Part shown: one piece after another, positions 11,699-21,640 of the stretch
How positions within the stretch are numbered: position 1 is the first letter of the stretch
How the letters are laid out: each line of letters opens with the position of its first letter
Notes under the pieces: generated by a model
What the model saw: the letters and a program-made list of their open reading frames with translations, nothing else
Told to the model about the DNA's origin: nothing
The model's database searches: none
Made by a program: the position numbers and the translations under genes
NCBI GenBank assembly: GCA_963846335.1
Contig: CAWJVS010000030.1
Coordinates: 143,863-207,862 of the forward strand
Reading direction: 5' to 3'
DNA length: 64,000 nucleotides
Source of the DNA: an uncultured Bacteroidales bacterium
Lineage (GTDB): Bacteria; Bacteroidota; Bacteroidia; Bacteroidales; VadinHA17

Positions 11699-13603
11699 AT
11701 GAAAAAGGAGAAGCTTCAAAAGATACTGGCTGATATAAGCTCTGTTAAGATAGTTGTGATAGGAGATTTTTGCCTGGATGCCTACTGGCATATTGATGAA
11801 GCGATGAGTGAAACTTCAATTGAGACCAATGAAGTTACCAGGCCTGTGGCAAAACAACGGTACTCACTTGGGGGCGCTGGCAATGTTACAAGTAATCTTG
11901 CTGCCATGGGTATAGGGGATATCCGTGCTTTTGGCGTTATAGGCACGGATCCCTTCGGGGCAGAAATGGTCAGGATAATGAAAGAAACAGGAATAAAGAC
12001 CGAGAACCTCATTGTTCAGGAAGATTCATGGTATACTCATACCTATGCCAAACCTTATATTGATGACAGGGAATTGAACCGCATAGATTTCGGGAACTAT
12101 AATATACTTTCAAAAGAGACTGCACACAGGCTGATAAATAGTCTTCAAAGGGAAATTTCAGAAGTCGGCATTGTTGTCATAAACCAGCAGGTGCCTTCAG
12201 GTATACACACGGATTATTTCAGGCCCCTGCTTGCCGGTCTGATTCTCAGATACCCTCAAAAAACCTTTATAGTCGACAGCCGCAATTACAATGACTTTTA
12301 CAATGGTGCCATCCGTAAAATGAATGACACTGAAGCAATGAGGTTATACGGTATAATCAAAAAACCGGATGAAGTGATTCCTCATTCGGAAATAGTCTCA
12401 GCAGCCGGCGAATTATTCAAACGTTACCGGAAACCCCTCTTCATAACACGGGGCAGCCGGGGATCACTTACAATTGATGATAATGGTATTACGGAAATAC
12501 CCGGACTGATGATACTTTCAAGGGTTGATACAGTTGGAGCCGGTGACAGTTATCTGGCCGGTGCCGCATCCGCATTGGCCGCAGGGTACAGCATGGTTGA
12601 TGCTGCCACCCTCGGTACTTATGTAGCAGGTGTTACTGTTCAGAAATTATTCCAGACCGGAACCGCATCACCTGCAGAAATACTTGGGATAGGAGGAGAT
12701 CCGGATTTTATTTATTCCTCAGAGCTTGCTGAAGATATGAGGCATGCCACTTATCACGTGAAGACAGAGATAGAAATTATTCACAGGTGGAACGAAAAAC
12801 CTGTGATAGAACATGCAATTTTTGACCATGACGGAACTATCTCAACACTGAGAGAAGGATGGGAACTGATCATGACTCCTGTTATGATTAAAGCAATACT
12901 GGGAAAAAAATATCAGGATGCGGATGAATCTTTGTTCCATAAAGTGAAAGTGCGGGTTGCTGAGTACATCGACAGGACAACTGGCATCCAGACACTTGTC
13001 CAGATGAAGGGATTAATCGGTTTGATTAAGGAATTCGGATGTGTACCTGAATCAGACCTGCTTGATGAATTCGGATACAAGCAGATCTATAATGATGAAT
13101 TACTGAAGATGGTTAAGGAAAGGGAGGAGAAATTCAAACGGGGGGAGCTGTCACTTGAAGATCTTACAATGAAAAATTCCATTCCTTTCCTGCAGAAGCT
13201 TTATGATTCAGGCATTAAACTCTACCTGGCGAGCGGTACAGATGTTGACGATGTTGCTTCCGAGGCCCGTGTTCTTGGGTATGATCATCTTTTCGGCGGG
13301 AGAATATTCGGAGCAGTGGGAGATATCAACAAGGAGGCGAAAAAAATAGTGCTGGATCGTATTCTGGATACAATCGGAAACTCAGCCTCCGGCAAGGTTG
13401 TTACATTCGGAGATGGCCCTGTTGAGATAAGGGAAACAAACAAGAAGGGTGGTTTGACTATCGGAGTTGCCAGCAATGAGCTGCGCCGTTACGGACTGAA
13501 TGAATCAAAGCGTACAAGGCTTATCAAGGCAGGTGCAGATGTGATCATACCCGATTTTTCACAAATGTCCCAATTGCTGGGTTTGTTGAATATTAAAAAA
13601 TAA
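11699..13603 (+). CDS. Fusion of a PfkB carbohydrate kinase (HldE/RfaE domain-I type) and a capped HAD-superfamily phosphatase
   Basis: 634 aa. The N-terminal half has KIVVIGDFCLDAYWHID, SLGGAGNV and DTVGAGDSYLAGAASAL. The C-terminal half has AIFDHDGTIS (DxDGT), YLASGTD and FGDGPVE. No nucleotidyltransferase domain. Confidence 0.75.
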   Translation: MKKEKLQKILADISSVKIVVIGDFCLDAYWHIDEAMSETSIETNEVTRPVAKQRYSLGGAGNVTSNLAAMGIGDIRAFGVIGTDPFGAEMVRIMKETGIKTENLIVQEDSWYTHTYAKPYIDDRELNRIDFGNYNILSKETAHRLINSLQREISEVGIVVINQQVPSGIHTDYFRPLLAGLILRYPQKTFIVDSRNYNDFYNGAIRKMNDTEAMRLYGIIKKPDEVIPHSEIVSAAGELFKRYRKPLFITRGSRGSLTIDDNGITEIPGLMILSRVDTVGAGDSYLAGAASALAAGYSMVDAATLGTYVAGVTVQKLFQTGTASPAEILGIGGDPDFIYSSELAEDMRHATYHVKTEIEIIHRWNEKPVIEHAIFDHDGTISTLREGWELIMTPVMIKAILGKKYQDADESLFHKVKVRVAEYIDRTTGIQTLVQMKGLIGLIKEFGCVPESDLLDEFGYKQIYNDELLKMVKEREEKFKRGELSLEDLTMKNSIPFLQKLYDSGIKLYLASGTDVDDVASEARVLGYDHLFGGRIFGAVGDINKEAKKIVLDRILDTIGNSASGKVVTFGDGPVEIRETNKKGGLTIGVASNELRRYGLNESKRTRLIKAGADVIIPDFSQMSQLLGLLNIKK

Positions 13604-13606
13604 AAG

Positions 13607-14734
13607 ATGCCTTACCCGAAATTTGACAGGAACCGGCTGGCTGTGAAAAAACTGCATGACAGGAAAAATAAGATTAATATTCAAGAAAGTCATATTCCTG
13701 TTAATCAGCGTCCTTCCGGTCTTTCTGAAGCTGGATTCAATCTTGTAAAAATAACAGCCGACAGGATCAGGCTTGCCAGGGAAAAGAAAAGAGCAGTGAT
13801 TCTTGCTACTGGTGCCCATACCATAAAAAACGGTATGTCACCGACTTTGATTGCATTAATGGAGGAGGGATGGATTACTCATCTGGCTGCAAACGGAGCA
13901 GGAATAATTCACGACTGGGAGTTTGCCTGGCAGGGTAAATCGAGCGAAGATGTCCGTGAAAATGTCGGGAATGGTCAGTTCGGGATTTGGGATGAGACCG
14001 GTTTCTATATTAACCTGGCACTTATTGTCGGTGCCTGGGAGGGACTGGGATACGGGGAATCGGTCGGAAAAATGATTTCAGAGGAGGGACTGGAGATACC
14101 GGAAATTCCATTTTTGCTGGATGAAGTTCTGAACCAGATCAGGACCAATCCTGACAGGGCAGCAGCAGCAGCAGACCTTGCCGGGACCATACAAAAATTC
14201 AATATTAAACCGGGCTTTATGGCTGTTTCTCATCCATTTAAAAAATACTCAGCCCAGGCCAGAGCGTTTGAACTTAAAATCCCATTCACAGGCCATCCCA
14301 TGATCGGTCATGATATAATATATAATCATCCCATGAATCACGGGGCTGCGCTTGGCCGGACAGCTTTGAGTGATTTTCTCTGTTTTACAAACAGTGTCTC
14401 CAACCTTGAGCACGGTGTTTATATGTCTGTCGGTTCAGCCATAATGTCTCCGATGATCTTTGAGAAAGCGCTCTCGATGTGCCAGAACATAATGATCCAG
14501 GAGCATAAACACATCGATAACCATTTTATCCTTGTTGTGGATCTTGCAAAAGCAGAGTGGGATTGGCAGCAGAAAGGAGAGCCCCCGATAGACAATCCGG
14601 CATATTATCTGCGCTACTGCAAAACATTCAGCAGGATGGGAGGCGAAATGCATTACCTTACTGCTGATAACAGGGATTTTCTGCTGGCGCTTTATCAGGA
14701 GCTGACTAAAAAATCTAAGATTATCTTTATATGA
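13607..14734 (+). CDS. Cytoplasmic protein with a deoxyhypusine-synthase-like (DHS-fold) pattern; function unknown
   Basis: 375 aa with no signal peptide. It starts 3 nt after the kinase::HAD stop. The order of the segments VILATGAHTIKNGMSPTLIALMEEGWITHLAANGAGIIHDWE, TGHPMIGHDIIYNH and GVYMSVGSAIMSP parallels DHS motifs. Recognised from memory only. Confidence 0.4.
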   Translation: MPYPKFDRNRLAVKKLHDRKNKINIQESHIPVNQRPSGLSEAGFNLVKITADRIRLAREKKRAVILATGAHTIKNGMSPTLIALMEEGWITHLAANGAGIIHDWEFAWQGKSSEDVRENVGNGQFGIWDETGFYINLALIVGAWEGLGYGESVGKMISEEGLEIPEIPFLLDEVLNQIRTNPDRAAAAADLAGTIQKFNIKPGFMAVSHPFKKYSAQARAFELKIPFTGHPMIGHDIIYNHPMNHGAALGRTALSDFLCFTNSVSNLEHGVYMSVGSAIMSPMIFEKALSMCQNIMIQEHKHIDNHFILVVDLAKAEWDWQQKGEPPIDNPAYYLRYCKTFSRMGGEMHYLTADNRDFLLALYQELTKKSKIIFI

Positions 14735-14753
14735 ATTTGCACCCCCATCCCAG

Positions 14754-14798
14754 CCTTCCCCCAGGGGGGAAGGAACAAAACCTCCCGCTTAGGCGGGA
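14754..14798 (+). terminator. Two adjacent GC-rich hairpins after the DHS-fold gene (no clear T-tract)
   Basis: CCTTCCCCC/GGGGGAAGG at 14754..14773 and TCCCGC-ttag-GCGGGA at 14783..14798. Confidence 0.3.
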
Positions 14799-14894
14799 TT
14801 AGAAAGGGGGTAAAAACAATATAAAACTGAATTATCTTAAAATTCAGATACATATTTAGTTAAACAAATTTTAAACCAGAAAATTCTTCAAAAT

Positions 14895-16170
14895 ATGAAC
14901 AGAAATGAGATTGTATCTTTAAAGAAAGAGGCTGAAAACCATCTTTTAAATGAATTGTTACCTTTCTGGACTACCAGAATGGTCGACACTGACAATGGCG
15001 GTTTCATTACTCATTTTGACAGGAACGGAAATGATTCAGGCGAGGATGAGAAGTCGCTTATTGCTCAGTCCAGATGCCTCTATTCACTTTCATCTGCACA
15101 CCGGGCCGGCTATGGAGAAGGCAAATTCGCAGCGCTGGCCAGACATGGCGCTGATTTCATGATTGATAAAATGTGGGACAGGGAATTCGGAGGCTTTTAC
15201 TGGATGATGGACCGCAAGGGGAATGTGAAAATAGATCAGAAAATTGCCTATGGTCTCAGTTTCGCAATTTACTCGATGAGTGAATATACGCTTGCTACAG
15301 GAGATCCCCGTGGCAGGGAATATGCCGAAAAGGTATTTGACCTGCTTCAGAAATACAGCACCGATACAATGTATGGCGGATACTGGGAGATGTTCCATCG
15401 TGACTGGACACTCTGCGGACCAGGCAGCGAGGGAGGAGACAGGAAGACACTGGATGTTCACATGCATCTCATGGAAGCGTTTACAACTCTGTATGAATGT
15501 ACCGGTATGGAGGTTCACCGGAGAAAGCTGACTGGAGGATATTGATCTTCTGATAAACCGTATCATCCATCCTGTTTACAAAACCGGCATTCCGCAGTTT
15601 TATAAGGACTGGACGGTTGCCCCGCAGATCAAATTCGATATTATCTGGGGCTGGGACAGGTTCTCTCCCGACGGTCTGAAAGGGAATGCAACAGATAATA
15701 CAGCTTATGGCCATAATGCTGAATTTGCCTGGCTGCTTATCCATGCGCTCGATATTCTGAAAATTGATAAAAATAACTATTCGGACCTGTTAAGAACGAT
15801 TTTTGACCATACTGTCAACAATGGAATCGATTATGAATATGGAGGCGTTTATGTTGAAGGTCCTCATTCCGGCGGTGTCTATGATATGGAAAAAGAATTC
15901 TGGCAACAGGCTGAAGTACTCATTGGTATGCTTGATGGCGTATTAATGTTTGGTGACAGGAAATATTTTGATGCGTATAAAAATGTTCATCGTTTTGTGC
16001 TTGATAAGATGGTCAACAAAGGGGTGGGAGAATGGTTTCCGCTGATGACCAGAGAAGGTGAACCAATCTGGACACATATGAGCCATTCATGGAAGGTAAA
16101 TTACCATACGATCCGTTCAATGATCCAGAGTATACGTCGCATTGATGAGATCCTTGCCAGCAACAGTTAA
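14895..16170 (+). CDS. AGE-family (N-acylglucosamine 2-epimerase / aldose-ketose isomerase) protein; one frame change near 15530
   Basis: Motifs: LLPFWTTRMVDTDNGGFITHFD, EKSLIAQSRCLYSLS and HMHLMEAFTTLYE. After the shift the reading continues as LEDIDLLINRIIHP...AYGHNAEFAWLL...EFWQQAEVLIG...WKVNYHTIRS. Confidence 0.8.
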
Positions 16171-16209
16171 CTATTTGATTGTAGCTTTACCTTATAACCT
16201 TCTAATAAT

Positions 16210-18911
16210 ATGAAAAAACTGTATTATCACTCATTTTCGGTTGTATCTTTAATCGTTTCCCTTACTCTGATTAGCTCCTGCAGCGGAACTGATTCTCAGG
16301 TTGCATCACGAATTGAAGTTTTATCGGCTGGATGGAAGATGCAACCGGCAGATAAGTTGATCAGGTATTGATGAGATGTCAGTTTCACTTAACGATTTTA
16401 ATACTGAATCATGGTATGACGCGGTGGTTCCGGGTACTGTTCTGGGCAGCCTTGCATCAAAGAAGGTTGTGGAAGACCCTTATTTCGGAATCAATATGCA
16501 GAAAATTGACCCTTCTCAATTCAGGCAGCCATGGTGGTACAGAAAATCCTTTGACCTTTCAGAGGCCGATATGGGCAAAAAGATCTCACTTCGATTCAAC
16601 GGGATCAATTACCGTGCTGATCTGTATGTTAACGGAAACAAAGTTGCAGACAAGGATACATTTGCCGGTGCATTCAGGATGTTCACTTTTGATATCGGTA
16701 AATATGTGCAGAAAGGAAAAAACACACTTGCTCTTAAGATCCTGCAACATGCTGATGGTGAGTATTCTATTGGTTTTGTTGACTGGAATCCCCTGCCTAT
16801 TGACCGCAATATGGGTATCTTCAGGGAGGTGTTCCTTGAAGTCAATGAAGGCATCAGGATCAGAAGTCCTTTTGTATGGTCCAAAGTAGATATGGATAGT
16901 TTGAAGGATGCTTACCTCTTCATTCAGTCAGAGATTATCAACAGCGGGAGTGAACCTGTCAAAGGAATTCTGAGAGTTGACTATGAACTGGGTGTTGCCG
17001 AGAAGAAAGTCGAAATAAAACCTGGTGAAACACTTACCTGCAGCTTTTCACCGGAGGAATTTCCGCAGTTGTCGGTTAAAGATGTAAATCTGTGGTGGCC
17101 AAACGGAATGGGCAGACCAGACTTATATACTATTAAGATTGAATTTTTCAGCGGTAATAGGATCCTTGATACAGAGGTGAGGAAATATGGCATCCGGGAG
17201 ATCCGGAGCTACCTTGACAACAGTCAGAACCGTGCTTTTGATGTGAATGGCAAGTTTATTCTTATAAAAGGGGGGGGGATGGACTGACGATCTGCTGCTC
17301 CAGGATACAAAAGAGTCTGTGGAAGCACAGCTCAGATATGTCAGACATATGAATATGAACAGCATTCGTCTTGAGGGATTCTGGGGGAAAGATGAAGATC
17401 TGTATAACCTGTGCGACGAATACGGTATACTTGTTATGGTAGGATGGAGTTGCCATTGGGAATGGGAAGATTATCTCCTTAAACCATGCGATGAAAAATA
17501 CGGAGGTCCCGTTTCCGGGGAAGATATCAGCCTCATTTCAGCTTCCTGGTTCGATCAGATGATGTGGCTGCGAAACCATCCGTCCATTTATGTCTGGATG
17601 ACCGGAAGTGATAAGCTTCCCGCACCTGACCTTGAGAGAAAATATGTTGAAATGTTTAAGAAATACGATCCTTCAAGATCCTATATCACCTCTGCAGGTG
17701 GAGCGGGTACAGAGGATAATACCGTTGTGGCGTCGGTCCCACTGTACAGTGAAATAAGCGGCCCGACGGGGATGAAGATGCTTGGTCCTTATGATTTTAC
17801 CCCTCCGGTTTACTGGTTTACCGATACATTGCTTGGCGGAGCTTATGGTTTCAATACCGAAACCTGTCCGGGTACCAGCATCCCGCCTGTTGCTTCACTG
17901 AAAAGGATGCTGCCTGAAGAAAGCCTGTGGCCAATTGATAAGAAATACTGGGAATATCATACCGGAAGGAATCAGTTTACAACCCTTGACCGTTACCGGA
18001 AAGCCCTTTCCTCCAGATACGGAGAATCGTCAAATGTGGAAGAATTTGCCTATAAATCACAGGTTAGCAATTATGAGGTGATGCGTCCCATGTTCGAAGC
18101 CTTTGTTGCGCATAAACCAGTGAGTACAGGGTTGATACAATGGAAACTGAATTCTGCGTGGCCGGATATGATCTGGCAATTATACGATACCTACCTTCAG
18201 CCAAATGGATCATTCTATGGCGTCAGAAAGGCATGTAACCCCCTGCATGCCATTTACCGGTACGGATTCGATGATATTTACCTTGCCAATGAAGATCTGA
18301 ATGATGCTGAAGGCCTGACAGTAAAGATCAGGGCATTTGATCTGAAATCGAAAGTGATATTTACAGATCAATGGAAAGGCAGCATAAGTTCCAATACTTC
18401 AAAGTTCATCTATAAGCTTCCTGAAATAAAAGGGCTTACATCTGTATGGTTTCTTGATCTGAGGGTTTATAATAAAGATAATCAGGAAGTTGACAATAGT
18501 ATTTACTGGCTTTCAACCAAAAAGGATATTCTTGACTATGAGGCAGCAAAGAAGCTGGAATGGGCCTTCTATACCCCAACAAAGCAGTTTGCCGATTTTA
18601 CGGCACTGGATAAGTTGCCAAAAGTCGAACTGGATTTTGAGAGCCAGTTCACAAAAAGTGATGAATCAGGTGAGATATCGCTTAAAATTAAAAATCCTTC
18701 AGATGCCATTGCCTTCTGCATTTTCCTGGATGTTATTGATCCGGTAACAGGCAGACCCATATTGCCGGTATTCTGGCATGATAATTATGTAACACTTCTG
18801 CCCGGAGAAGAACGTACCTATAAGGCAAAGTACTTTCTGCGCGATTCAGGGAGCGGTGAGCCTGTTGTCAAAGCAAACGGGTGGAATGTTGATTTGGTAA
18901 CCTGTGATTAA
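16210..18911 (+). CDS. GH2 glycosidase, exo-beta-D-glucosaminidase (CsxA)/beta-mannosidase-like lipoprotein; two frame changes (about 16355 and the G9 tract at 17270..17278)
   Basis: Lipoprotein signal MKKLYYHSFSVVSLIVSLTLISSCSG. Motifs: SWYDAVVPGTVLGSL, LRFNGINYRADLYVNGNKV, and KGGGW|TDDLLL...MNSIRLEGFWGKDEDLYNLCDEYGILVMVGWSCHWEWE. Confidence 0.8.
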
Positions 18912-18969
18912 TAGAATCATTGTCTGTATGAGTCGGGAAAGGGAGAGTGGGAGAATAGGGGATGGGGGA

Positions 18970-19009
18970 GACCGCAAGACCGCAAGACCGCAGGACAGCA
19001 AGACCGCAA
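18970..19009. repeat. Tandem octamer (GACCGCAA) x5, two copies with one mismatch
   Basis: Read directly: gaccgcaa gaccgcaa gaccgcag gacagcaa gaccgcaa. It lies between the GH2 stop and the next start. Confidence 0.9.
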
Positions 19010-19019
19010 GACATTTATT

Positions 19020-20304
19020 ATGAATCAATATCTCGTAACATTTCTGCTTCTTCTGCTGAGCAGTGAACATTTACAGGCACAAATCACCCGTGCTGTTTGC
19101 GTGGTTGAAACCAGGGATTTCCCGGGTAAGGATTATTGTATGTGGGATGCACTTATATGCAGCCAGGAACGGGACAGTATATACAGGGCTGATCACAGAG
19201 GGTGGCAGCGCTCACCTTTATTCCTATTCGGCAGCCACTGATAAAAACATTTTGATATCCGACATTGCCGGTTTTCTTGGTGAACGGGGAAAAGGCATTC
19301 GTGCATCAGGCAAGATCCATAATAAACCTGTTGAAGATAATGATGGCAATATCTATTTTGTTCCGATGAACAATGGAGCCGGCCCCAGAACCATAGATTA
19401 TACAAGCTGGATCGGGGGACACTGGATTAAATACAGTCCTTCGACCGGGATTCTGGAAAACATGGGCCTTGTTGACAACGGTATCGGTTGTTATCCTCTG
19501 ACAATAGATGCGCCCGGAAAGTACCTTTTTGGTGTAGGATTCACAGGTTATTTCTATCGTTTCGATCTGGAGAAAAAAGTTACAAGGAACTTTGGAAGGG
19601 TGACGAACTGGGATATATGCCGCGATATTTTTTGTGATGATGAAGGAAATGTTTTCGGCAGCTTCCCTGTCGGCAGAGTCTGGAAATATGATGCCCTGAA
19701 AGAAAAAGTGGTTGATCTGTCAATACATATCCCTTATGACCCGTCGATATATCCAACTGAACTTCATAACCCGATGATAGACCGTACTTGCGACTGGCGT
19801 GCAGTAGAATGGGATCCGGTTGAGAATGTTGCTTACGGTGTGACTTGCGGAAGCGGTTCCCTGCTTTTCCGTTTTGATCCCCACGAGGGGAAAGAAGGCC
19901 GGATAACCCCTCTGATTAAAATGTGTGACAGTAAGTTCCTTGATCCGGAAAGGAAAGATATACCTTATTCAACCCTGGCATTTGCACTTGACAATAAAAA
20001 CAGAAAGATCTACTTTGTTCCTTCTGCCCGTGAATATTCTGCAGATGAATATGTTGAGACTTTTGGAAGTGATCAGCCGCATCACCTTATCCTCTACGAA
20101 TTGAAAACAAATACAAGAACAGATCTTGGCTCCTTGCAAACAGTTGACGGCCGAAGGGTTTTCGGATGTGAAGCAGCATCCGTTGGTCCTGATGGCACAC
20201 TTTATATTTGCGGCCAGGTGGAAGTAAAGGAAACAAGTCAGGCTACGGGACATATTGGAGATATCCCTGTTTCACTTCAACTAATCATCTATAAACCCGA
20301 GTAA
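19020..20304 (+). CDS. Secreted beta-propeller-like repeat protein, unknown function (paralogue 1); one frame change between about 19090 and 19170
   Basis: The signal peptide MNQYLVTFLLLLLSSEHLQAQ (ORF 19020..19241) lies in a different frame from the body (ORF 19063..20304). Blade-like repeats include DGNIYFVP, HLYSYSAATD, YFYRFDL, VWKYDA, LLFRFDP and DGTLYICG. Confidence 0.5.
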
Positions 20305-20315
20305 TAGAGATAATA

Positions 20316-21614
20316 ATGAAATCTTCAACCTCTGACACTACAGCGTTTTTATTTCTTGTTTTAACATTATGCCTCTTCCCTGGACTCGATACCATTTTAA
20401 TGGCACAGGACTGGGCCAGAACCAATATCAGAGATCTCCAGCGTGTTGATCTTCGCGACCTCGGTTATCCTCTGGTAAATGAAATACCGGAAAATAGCAG
20501 CGCAGTTACTTCACTGCTGACAGCGCATAATGGCAAGATATATGGAGGTACTACTGGGGATGATTCCTATCTTTTCCTTTTTGACCCTGCAATTAATAAA
20601 GTACGGCACCTGGGAAAGATCCCCGGGCAGGAAAGTATTCACCATTCCCTTGTTGAGGACAAAGACGGATTTATCTACCTGGGCACCGGCAGGAATATGT
20701 ATGAGGAAATAATTCTTTCTGCAGGAGGTATTGGCACCGACAGCCTGATTGACAAATCATTGTGGAAAGATATTAAGAATCATTTCACTAGTTATCCGGG
20801 AGGGCATCTGTACAGGTATGATCCGGGTAAAAGTGACCGGAAAGTTAAGCTCCCTGATATGCAATGCGAACTTGAGGATATGGGTATTCCCCTGGTTCAC
20901 AATTCAGTCTATGCACTTACCATAAGTCCGAAAGGAGATGAGATATATGGGATAACATATCCGGATGGTCATTTTTTTGCTTACTTTATTGCATCGAAAA
21001 AGTTCACGGATCTCGGACCTGTTGATGACATGATTGTTTTCCATGGACCGGAGAGGTACTGGAGAAGCATATGCAGGGCTCTTGTCTGTGATAGCCTCGG
21101 CAGAGTCTATTTTTCTGCTACAAACGGAATCCTAAAGTATTACGATCCGGGCACCAGTAAAATCGAATCAACAGGTCTGATGATCCCCGGAGATTATTAT
21201 TACCTTCAGTTTTATGAAGACTATGCAGTTGTGGAATATTTTGCAACGGCATCTTCAGGTTTGATATACGGAGGAACATCCGATGGTTATCTTTTCTCTT
21301 TAGATCCAACTGGTATGAAGCTTACCAATCTTGGTAAAATGAGAGCTTCACGGCGTCTGAGATGCATGAGCGTCGGACCCGATGGCAAAGTCTATATTAT
21401 GGCAGGTGAACGCTCTTCATCACGACCCTGTCAGTTTTATAGTTATAATCCATCCTCTGGTGGATTTGAGGACCATGGTCTCCTGATAGCTGACCGTAGT
21501 CCGTATTATTACTGGCGGGGCCAGCAATTTGATGCAATGACAACAGGTAAAGACGGAACAATTTTTATTGGTGAGAGCGAACGTCGTTCACACCTTTTTA
21601 TTTTCATTCCTTAA
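20316..21614 (+). CDS. Secreted beta-propeller-like repeat protein, unknown function (paralogue 2)
   Basis: 432 aa with a signal peptide. Repeats include NGKIYGGTTGDDSYLFLFDP, DGFIYLGT, HLYRYDP, GRVYFSATNGILKYYDP, GLIYGGTSDGYLFSLDP, DGKVYIMAG and DGTIFIGE. It aligns by eye with the preceding gene. Confidence 0.5.
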   Translation: MKSSTSDTTAFLFLVLTLCLFPGLDTILMAQDWARTNIRDLQRVDLRDLGYPLVNEIPENSSAVTSLLTAHNGKIYGGTTGDDSYLFLFDPAINKVRHLGKIPGQESIHHSLVEDKDGFIYLGTGRNMYEEIILSAGGIGTDSLIDKSLWKDIKNHFTSYPGGHLYRYDPGKSDRKVKLPDMQCELEDMGIPLVHNSVYALTISPKGDEIYGITYPDGHFFAYFIASKKFTDLGPVDDMIVFHGPERYWRSICRALVCDSLGRVYFSATNGILKYYDPGTSKIESTGLMIPGDYYYLQFYEDYAVVEYFATASSGLIYGGTSDGYLFSLDPTGMKLTNLGKMRASRRLRCMSVGPDGKVYIMAGERSSSRPCQFYSYNPSSGGFEDHGLLIADRSPYYYWRGQQFDAMTTGKDGTIFIGESERRSHLFIFIP

Positions 21615-21640
21615 AATTCGTATAAATAATAAATAATAGT

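Noticed and set aside
14741-14812. Small RNA gene or tRNA in the GC-rich intergenic segment
   Set aside because: There is no cloverleaf and no conserved tRNA boxes. Only two simple hairpins are present.
16368-16889. 173-aa alternative-frame ORF at the 5' part of the GH2 gene
   Set aside because: It overlaps the frame carrying GH2 sugar-binding-domain motifs. It has no motifs of its own.
18970-19009. Possibility that the short tandem arrays (also 54470..54504 and 23084..23114) are CRISPR arrays
   Set aside because: The units are 7-8 nt and directly abutting with no spacers. No cas genes are present.
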